In this document: positions 57,709-64,000 of the stretch, one piece after another
Layout: each line of letters begins with the position of its first letter
How positions within the stretch are numbered: position 1 is the stretch's first letter
IMG/VR virus record: IMGVR_UViG_3300029922_000001
Coordinates: 186,001 to 250,000 of that record
Strand: one strand, 5' to 3'
DNA length: 64,000 nt
Translations under genes and position numbers: made by a program
The notes under the pieces: model-generated
Told to the model about the DNA's origin: nothing
Seen by the model: the letters and a program-made list of their open reading frames with translations, nothing else
Databases searched by the model: none

Positions 57709-58053
57709 TTAAAATGTGTCATGTGGTTCTTGACCAATAGCTTGTTTTAAATCTGTGTGAAATTGGGCAACAGGATTTGGTTGTTGTTGCAATAATGGTT
57801 GTTGAGTAGCGTCAGGCTTATAAATTAAATGCCACAACCCTTCAATGGTCTTTAAGATTTGTGGTAGTTTAGAATCGGTATCATCAACTTCATGTTCTAT
57901 AACAGAAGCAAGATCACGTAACTCTCCAGCGGCATGAGTACAAGTACTTGCAGTTGTTAATCTAATAGCAACTCTAGTAACAGAGTCCGCTTTTTTAAAT
58001 TCACCCTTTTTGTCATATGCCGTTGCGTATTCAATAAGTTTATCTGCGTTCAT
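57709..58053 (-). CDS. hypothetical protein with recurrent motif
   Basis: KLIEYATAYDKKGEFKKADSV. Confidence 0.7.
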   Translation of the reverse strand: MNADKLIEYATAYDKKGEFKKADSVTRVAIRLTTASTCTHAAGELRDLASVIEHEVDDTDSKLPQILKTIEGLWHLIYKPDATQQPLLQQQPNPVAQFHTDLKQAIGQEPHDTF

Positions 58054-58089
58054 GATTACCAAATTCTACAAACCTGGTAATCATTCCTT

Positions 58090-58446
58090 TTAATCAGTAT
58101 TAACTTTTAGAATTAATCTTGTTAAATCTGCGGTGTCTGCTTTAATGCCATAAAATTCTTGTAAGTCTAATGCCCTATTCCATGCGGAATTGTATGGATT
58201 TTCAGGTTTACTAACTTCAAATTCCTTTTGAATTGCCACAATTTCTTCATCTAGTCTAAATTGTGCGTTAGTTAAATATTTATAAATCCACTTTACCGTT
58301 CCATATTCTTTTTGACGTTCAACATGCACTGTTGCGTGTGCTAAAATAGCATCAGTAAAATTGTGATTTTTTCTAACAACGATCACTGGATTGAAAGCAA
58401 AAGCTTGACATGCTCCAGGTAGCCAAGACACACGGATAATTTTCAT
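58090..58446 (-). CDS. zincin-like small protein with degenerate HExxH
   Basis: AILAHATVHVERQKEYG..WIYKYL. Confidence 0.5.
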   Translation of the reverse strand: MKIIRVSWLPGACQAFAFNPVIVVRKNHNFTDAILAHATVHVERQKEYGTVKWIYKYLTNAQFRLDEEIVAIQKEFEVSKPENPYNSAWNRALDLQEFYGIKADTADLTRLILKVNTD

Positions 58447-58655
58447 ATGATTATTATAGCTTGTTTTGTTGAGCTAAATCAAGTAGTATTTTTTGACGTT
58501 CTAATGGTGCAGAGACATAATCTGTTTTGATTAATTTACTGGTTTGCGTACTAGATAGACGATCTAATATACCAATCATGCTATTTAATAATATAATTTT
58601 TCTATTTTTTCTTTATCGCAATTTACAATAATTTTATCCAGTCTATCCAATCTAT

Positions 58656-58982
58656 TCATTTTATTCGCTCCATTAATATTTTGCTTCTTTTAGATGGTGA
58701 TTTGGTTAGGAAGCCACAACCTTTAGCTTTATTGTAATCTAAATCAAAATCAAATTGATCTTTAGTGATATCAACTATGTCTTGTGTTTGTGGATTTTTT
58801 AAAAACCAATGAGTAATACCATCGACATTTAAAATGAATGGTTTGAAACCCAATTCTTTATATTTAAGATGATAAGCTACCTCGGAAGCCACATAACAAT
58901 GACCCCAATAAGGATTAGAATGACCCCTGAATTGGGGTTTTAATAAATCTTGTGTTAAATGGCTTTGGATTTGTGTAATCAT
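58656..58982 (-). CDS. hypothetical phage protein
   Basis: WGHCYVASE, THWFL, VDITKDQF (possible Cys-His-Asp triad). Confidence 0.7.
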   Translation of the reverse strand: MITQIQSHLTQDLLKPQFRGHSNPYWGHCYVASEVAYHLKYKELGFKPFILNVDGITHWFLKNPQTQDIVDITKDQFDFDLDYNKAKGCGFLTKSPSKRSKILMERIK

Positions 58983-59527
58983 TTCTTGACGATTCTTTTC
59001 CTGATATCAGCTTCAATTAAGGCATAGTCAGCACGTACTCTATCTGTGACTTGATAACCATCCTCAACATCAATACCAAAACGTTTTCGTGCATTGACGG
59101 TATCAGCATCTGGACCTGTCATGGGTAGATATTTAAGACTACCATTAACTTTAACCATTTCTCTATCGTTATTGCCGTAAGCACATTTAGCTACTGAATT
59201 GTAAGGATTACCATCTTCTGGAATATAACCACGCAGTTTACTTCCGTCCCAATAAATAATAAAGAACACCGGATATTCCCAGTCTCCACCAGCACTAACT
59301 CCTAAAAAGGTTAAACCATTATCAAGGGTGTGAATACCCGTTAATGGTGTGAATTTATCTTCAGCATCTTCTACGTTCTCACAATCAAAGCTAACTTTTG
59401 CTAAATCCTTTGTGATAGTTGTGGTAAGTGTTGGGTATTGATAATAACCGAATTCATCAGAATCTCTAGCTTTTTGAAGTTTAATTCTAAAATCTTTTTC
59501 AGGTATTTCCACAAAGAATCTACTCAT
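58979..59527 (-). CDS. hypothetical protein
   Basis: 182 aa; AGGDWEYPVFFIIYWDG. Confidence 0.7.
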   Translation of the reverse strand: MSRFFVEIPEKDFRIKLQKARDSDEFGYYQYPTLTTTITKDLAKVSFDCENVEDAEDKFTPLTGIHTLDNGLTFLGVSAGGDWEYPVFFIIYWDGSKLRGYIPEDGNPYNSVAKCAYGNNDREMVKVNGSLKYLPMTGPDADTVNARKRFGIDVEDGYQVTDRVRADYALIEADIRKRIVKK

Positions 59528-59720
59528 TGTCTAGATCCACTACTTTAGTTAAATTAGGTAATAACTCTACTAGCTTACGATAAGCTTTAGTGTTAATATG
59601 AAATTTTTCAGTATCTGTGTATATTCTAAACTGACTATCATTGAACGAAGTTACAATACCTACAATTTTATCTGTATTAACATGGTAAATATATGGTCCA
59701 TTTTTATATGTGATATACAT
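59520..59720 (-). CDS. hypothetical protein
   Basis: 66 aa; ATG 6 nt after TATAAT. Confidence 0.65.
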   Translation of the reverse strand: MYITYKNGPYIYHVNTDKIVGIVTSFNDSQFRIYTDTEKFHINTKAYRKLVELLPNLTKVVDLDNE

Positions 59721-59887
59721 GCTTACATTATAACACTATTTGACTATAAAATACAACACTTTAGGTGGATTACGGTAATATTTAGCTAAAGTTGCTTGAC
59801 CCTCCAGTGTTGCTAATGCACGATCAATAATAGCTTCTCTATCTTTCATATCTTGAATAATTGCATTAATATTTTTCGTGTTACTCG

Positions 59888-59993
59888 TGGAGCGGGTAGC
59901 GGAATTCGAATCCGCATTTTAGCGTTCCTCTAAGTAAATATTTTAATATTTCTCACAGGCAACGCCATGTTCTAACCATTGAACTATATCCGC
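59888..59993 (-). tRNA. tRNA-Gly (GCC) with a 31-nt insert/intron (59927-59957) between positions 36 and 37
   Basis: GCGGATA acceptor, GTTC/GAAC D-stem, TGGCG-TTGCC|insert|AA-CGCTA, GCGGA-TTCGAAT-TCCGC, CCA; removing the insert gives a canonical 75-nt tRNA. Confidence 0.88.
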
Positions 59994-60014
59994 GTGAATA
60001 TATTATACCACTTA

Positions 60015-60281
60015 TTAAGACGCTTTGACCTTTTTGTGAGTGTATTGTTCGGCGTTAATTAATTGTGAAATATTAGGATCTGAGCTAAATTCAATATCAT
60101 TCTTAATGATATTGAGGACTTCTTCACCATTTGGCATAGAAATTAATTTCTCTATTAAAGAAAATAATTTTCTATTTTGTTCCATTTGTGCGTCAAGTAC
60201 ATCTTTATTAACCATAATTTTGGGTGTAAAATTTGGTATATATTTATAACTGCATGGCATTCTTTCTGATCGTATTGGCAT
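60015..60281 (-). CDS. hypothetical protein
   Basis: 88-aa ORF. Confidence 0.55.
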   Translation of the reverse strand: MPIRSERMPCSYKYIPNFTPKIMVNKDVLDAQMEQNRKLFSLIEKLISMPNGEEVLNIIKNDIEFSSDPNISQLINAEQYTHKKVKAS

Positions 60282-60287
60282 AGATTA

Positions 60288-60656
60288 TTATAGTCTAATT
60301 CTAAAAGAAACTGATGGATCAACAATAATTACAGGTTCTGGATCATAATAACCAACAATAGGACCGTTTTCATAATAAGCTACCCCACCACCTTCATACC
60401 AAAACATGGTGACATCACCAATAACGTAGGTTGTAACCCAATGGCATCTAGGTCTTTCACCAATGCGCCAAACACGAGTAGGAGTGAATCTATAATGTTC
60501 AAATCTACGAATTCTAGAGTGTTCTGGTCTGCGATTTTGTTCTTGTCTAATTGCGGGTCTGCGTGATTCTTGATGACCACCACGACGCTGAGCTAAACCA
60601 CTAACAGAAAGAGCTAGAATAGAGCAAAGAGCAATAAGTTTTAGATTTTGTTTCAT
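60288..60656 (-). CDS. putative secreted protein
   Basis: N-terminal signal peptide (LIALCSILALSVSGLA), Arg-rich segment. Confidence 0.65.
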   Translation of the reverse strand: MKQNLKLIALCSILALSVSGLAQRRGGHQESRRPAIRQEQNRRPEHSRIRRFEHYRFTPTRVWRIGERPRCHWVTTYVIGDVTMFWYEGGGVAYYENGPIVGYYDPEPVIIVDPSVSFRIRL

Positions 60657-60686
60657 ACCTTATTATTATCCCTTTGCACTTTAAAT

Positions 60687-61037
60687 TTACTGAGAATTAT
60701 TTAAGATATCACTTCTTAAATGATCATATTTGCTTCGTTCATCTGCATACAAAGTGATAAGGGATTGTAGTCTTTCATCAGTAATGTCAGTAAGAATTTC
60801 CATTTCTGGAATTTCACCCCATACGTTGTATATCTTATGTTTAATACAAAACTGCGTATGTCTTCGTTTACAATAAGGCTGGAAAATTAGCACATAAAAC
60901 ATAAATATTGTGAAAATACAGCCCATTACAAGTACCCAATGGAAAATAGCACTTGCAATTAAAAGAAAGTATCCACCAAAAACAATCCACATTGGCAGAA
61001 CACGAGTGGTGAAATGTGTGTTATAAAAATTACTCAT
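60687..61037 (-). CDS. putative membrane protein
   Basis: two N-terminal hydrophobic helices. Confidence 0.65.
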   Translation of the reverse strand: MSNFYNTHFTTRVLPMWIVFGGYFLLIASAIFHWVLVMGCIFTIFMFYVLIFQPYCKRRHTQFCIKHKIYNVWGEIPEMEILTDITDERLQSLITLYADERSKYDHLRSDILNNSQ

Positions 61038-61264
61038 GATGAAAGTGTACCTTATTTCTTGATATGTTTATGGGTGTACTCATGAAATTCGGCAAGATGA
61101 AGATGCGGATGGGCGTTATTTTGAGCCATTTGCTGTATTGATTTCTTTGCCTTTAAGCATTTAGTATGGAAATATCCTTCCGGGGGGTTGACACAAGCTT
61201 AAAACATTTTAAATGCCAATTCCAGTGTTTGTTACAAAACTTACAAGTTTTCATATATAACTCG

Positions 61265-61292
61265 TGGAGCGAATAGCGGGATTCGAACCCGC
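61265..61292 (-). pseudogene. orphan tRNA 3' half (T-arm, acceptor 3' strand, CCA), Gly-like
   Basis: GCGGG-TTCGAAT-CCCGC-TATTCGC-T-CCA with no matching 5' half upstream. Confidence 0.75.
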
Positions 61293-61521
61293 CGATTTAT
61301 AATTTAATGTGGTTTACCATATTGATCGCCAAAATATATCAAAGCAATTAATTCTAGAAAAACAGAACTAAAATGATGAAATTCCAATGAACCTAATAAG
61401 GCTATGAAGAAAAATATCATGGAAACTTACACTTTTACATTTTGGACAATGTAGTTTTTCTGTAGCTTTCAAGTCTTTGAAATTGACAATAAATTGTCTT
61501 GTTGCTATCATAGTTTTACTC

Positions 61522-61620
61522 GGAGCGGGTGTGGGTAGTCGAAACCCAATCTACTACTTCCTTTAGGTATATTCCTATCCCAAAGGAAGGAAGTTATAAT
61601 AGCCGTTATAAGACACCCGC
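61522..61620 (-). tRNA. tRNA-Gly (UCC) with a 25-nt insert/intron (61560-61584) between positions 36 and 37
   Basis: GCGGGTG/CACCCGC acceptor, glyT-like D-arm, ACTTC-CTTCC|insert|AA-GTAGT (one T-T mismatch), TGGGT-TTCGACT-ACCCA; ends TCC without the final A. Confidence 0.82.
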
Positions 61621-61647
61621 TTACACATATATTATGCCCAATAATGA

Positions 61648-61869
61648 TTAGGTTTTTAGTGCAAATTCCTCATTTGTAGATACTAATTTTCTGATATATT
61701 CGGAAAGAACGTCTTCTACACCATTTGAACCATAGTCGGCAGTAAAAGCATAATCACCACCATCAATTCCTGAATTTTCGTATTTAACCAGTAGGCGCTT
61801 ATGTGGTCTTTCATAAATACCAACAGCACGTCCACATACCATAGTTACATATAATCTTTGATTTTCCAT
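61648..61869 (-). CDS. hypothetical protein
   Basis: ATG 61869 lies 6 nt after TATAAT. Confidence 0.65.
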   Translation of the reverse strand: MENQRLYVTMVCGRAVGIYERPHKRLLVKYENSGIDGGDYAFTADYGSNGVEDVLSEYIRKLVSTNEEFALKT

Positions 61870-61876
61870 GTGATTA

Positions 61877-62224
61877 TTATAGCACAAAATCCGCCGCAAC
61901 TTCTATGTGTTTTACAGTACTCACCTCACTTGCTTCTTTATTGTATTGATCAATTTTATTAGCCATACCAACAAGGCATTCTGCTATTTCTCTTAAATCT
62001 TCTGTTTCTATAAACGGCATATGTATTTCTGATCTACAATCCCCTTCTTCGCCACAAAACACAAACGTCGTGAATAAATTAGGACCTCCTGGGAATTGAC
62101 GATTTGGATTGATATCTATTGTGTCAATATAAAAACATTGTTTAGCGCCTTCTCTATCCGTATTTTCCGCACCAACTACTCTATATGTTTTTGTTTTAAC
62201 TTCACGATCAATCATTTTATTCAT
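61877..62224 (-). CDS. hypothetical protein
   Basis: 115-aa ORF. Confidence 0.65.
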   Translation of the reverse strand: MNKMIDREVKTKTYRVVGAENTDREGAKQCFYIDTIDINPNRQFPGGPNLFTTFVFCGEEGDCRSEIHMPFIETEDLREIAECLVGMANKIDQYNKEASEVSTVKHIEVAADFVL

Positions 62225-62496
62225 CCTTCAACCTCAATAACTTTATTATATTGAATTTGTTCAGATAGCGTGTACTCTACAATTTCTACGGAATTTAAAT
62301 ATTCTTTATTAGAAACATTTCTTTGAGGATCATAATAAGAAATGTTTCTAAACTGAGTTAAATGCGCTTTAATATGATTTAACTGTTTCCATATTTTACC
62401 TTTTTTGTTAAATAACGGATCTAATCCACCTGTAGAAAATAATCCAGTTTCTTTATTTCTTAATTTATATACTTTCATTGTAAAACTCGAATACAT
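62221..62496 (-). CDS. hypothetical phage protein
   Basis: VYKLRNKETGLFSTGG..P.F.KKGKIW. Confidence 0.7.
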   Translation of the reverse strand: MYSSFTMKVYKLRNKETGLFSTGGLDPLFNKKGKIWKQLNHIKAHLTQFRNISYYDPQRNVSNKEYLNSVEIVEYTLSEQIQYNKVIEVEG

Positions 62497-62513
62497 TATT
62501 AGTATATAATGTA

Positions 62514-62801
62514 TTATTTAATTAATGATTTAGCAGAAACTTCAACTAATTCCACTAAAGATTTTTCACTCAAATATCCACTATTAAATAATTTAACAGA
62601 TTGAGCAAGAAATTCAGATTCTTCCAATACCATTTTTTCTGTTAATGGCACAGAATTTCGTAATTTTTCAGCAAGTAAAATTATGGTTTTTCGCAATTCT
62701 ACATCTAAATGTTTTCCGTTTTCTAATTTAAATTTAAGTAAATTTAAAGTTTCATTCAATTCGTAATTAATTTCTTCTAGGGTTTCAACAGTGTGTTTCA
62801 T
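62514..62801 (-). CDS. hypothetical protein
   Basis: 95-aa helical ORF. Confidence 0.65.
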   Translation of the reverse strand: MKHTVETLEEINYELNETLNLLKFKLENGKHLDVELRKTIILLAEKLRNSVPLTEKMVLEESEFLAQSVKLFNSGYLSEKSLVELVEVSAKSLIK

Positions 62802-62940
62802 ATCAAATAATAATTTAATAATTTATATATTCTATACCTTCGGTTTGTTAATGAGTTTTGTCTGCAAATCATATTATATTTAAAATACTAGTAATTTTAC
62901 TTGTTTATGGTATATAAATAAAATTATTCTTATCACAATC

Positions 62941-63429
62941 CTAAGTACTATCTTTAGTTGGATTAACACTAAATAATTCTTTTCTTATTTCCATCCACAA
63001 TTTTCCTAATTGATTTTGTCCATCTTTATTAGGTCCCCATCCCCAAAAATTATCACGCCAACTACACTCTACGATTGCATTATCACCACTAGCTTTAAGT
63101 TTTTTCATAACATACGGATGTTGATTTGCTTTTTCTTTTAAAATTTCTTTCATAATATCAAGTTTAACTTCATCCCAATCAACACGTCTTATATTTTTAT
63201 TTTCCTCAGCCCATTTGAAACAAGCATGTGCTGAAGGCATTTTTCTAATCATATTTTTGATTTTTGGATCGTCAAATTTCTCAGAATGATAAGCGTGTTC
63301 TGATGTTGGATAAATCTTACCCTTCCAATATAGTTGAAATGCAGAAAAATTAGAGAAAATATAATAATCACGTTCATAACAATCAAGGATTGGTAAGTCG
63401 TAATTCGCTAAATCGTGATATTCAATCAT
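62941..63429 (-). CDS. NADAR (YbiA/DUF1768) family hydrolase
   Basis: FSNF, YPTSEHAYHSEKF, DNFWGWG, GQNQLGKLWMEIR; start at ATG 63429. Confidence 0.9.
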   Translation of the reverse strand: MIEYHDLANYDLPILDCYERDYYIFSNFSAFQLYWKGKIYPTSEHAYHSEKFDDPKIKNMIRKMPSAHACFKWAEENKNIRRVDWDEVKLDIMKEILKEKANQHPYVMKKLKASGDNAIVECSWRDNFWGWGPNKDGQNQLGKLWMEIRKELFSVNPTKDST

Positions 63430-63436
63430 GCTATTA

Positions 63437-63697
63437 TTATAAGTAATCTTCATGATATTCTACTACTGGAGTGTTTGATTTAGCTTTAGACTCTTCTTCA
63501 GCTAACATGCCCTTTTGATAAGCCTCATTAAGCAATCTTAAATGTCTAGCTTCATGATCAGTAATCTCTCCATCCATTTGTGAAATTGAATTTATATCTT
63601 GTTCAACATACATCATCTTAGGAGATTCGTTAACGTCCTGAAATAATTTAAGATCGTGTGTTTTGGTTGTATTTTCGTTTATGATATTTGGTTTCAT
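63437..63697 (-). CDS. hypothetical protein
   Basis: 86 aa; ATG 5 nt after CATAAT. Confidence 0.6.
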   Translation of the reverse strand: MKPNIINENTTKTHDLKLFQDVNESPKMMYVEQDINSISQMDGEITDHEARHLRLLNEAYQKGMLAEEESKAKSNTPVVEYHEDYL

Positions 63698-63753
63698 GCT
63701 TTATTATGAGCAATAATCACGTAAGAATACCTGTTTTTGGGACTTTTAGAAAT

Positions 63754-64000
63754 TTAATGATGTAAATAAATAATCCTGATAATGCCAAAAACAGCAAAAG
63801 TAGCGACAATTATATTGATGATTGCAGATTGATAAATTTTCTTATGATAAGTTAGAATGAATGCGCCAGTAGCACCCATTAAAACAATAATGTAATAAAT
63901 TACTTGATTGGAATTAATGACATTAAAACTAGATAATGCATAAGAAAGTATTACAAAAAATACACCTATCCAACCAATAAATTCAATGATTTTGTTTTTC
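63754..64000 (-). CDS. small membrane protein (5' truncated by window edge)
   Basis: KNKIIEFIGWIGVFFVILSYAL...YQSAIINIIVATFAVFGII, three hydrophobic helices; not in the supplied ORF track. Confidence 0.65.
   Translation of the reverse strand, partial: KNKIIEFIGWIGVFFVILSYALSSFNVINSNQVIYYIIVLMGATGAFILTYHKKIYQSAIINIIVATFAVFGIIRIIYLHH

Noticed and set aside
61062-61255. Programmed -1 frameshift joining two short Cys/His-rich minus-strand frames
   Set aside because: The only slippery heptamer (TTTAAAA) leads to a stop two codons later; more likely a decayed gene
59927-61584. tRNA inserts as group I or group II introns
   Set aside because: At 25 and 31 nt they cannot hold a catalytic core; keeping the T as exon (group I rule) would give an 8-nt anticodon loop

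Overview
This window is best read as a 64-kb segment of an AT-rich jumbo ('huge') tailed-phage genome in the standard genetic code, not a bacterial chromosome. It has densely packed genes in alternating orientation, three to four giant Ser/Thr/Gly-rich tail-fibre genes, many short unknown ORFs and scattered host-like genes without their usual operons. Host-like genes: J-domain protein, Hsp70/DnaK, PIN-PhoH with a class 3 intein, a type IIA topoisomerase A/B pair, RNase HII, DUF151 nuclease, DHH phosphoesterase, ThyX-like synthase, GMP reductase/IMPDH-family enzyme, sigma-70-type factor, MoxR-like AAA plus vWA/metallopeptidase, thioredoxin, GNAT and NADAR. The most unusual signal is a set of non-canonical tRNA genes at 53-62 kb, read by hand. 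Two tRNA-Gly genes (GCC and UCC) each carry a 25-31 nt hairpin insert at the same position (36/37); each insert starts with T, ends with AGG and base-pairs over the anticodon. There is also an 8/4-fold, Sec-like-D-arm tRNA with a CGA anticodon, a tRNA-Ile(UAU), an orphan tRNA 3' half, and a CGAG trailer shared by all five elements, plus a stand-alone GluRS anticodon-binding-domain protein nearby. Other window-wide patterns are a TATAAT-N5/6-ATG leaderless promoter architecture, a recurring short protein motif shared by unrelated ORFs, and an Armatimonadota-style prepilin-type gene that hints at the host. All family calls come from motif recognition by eye; no database searches were run.
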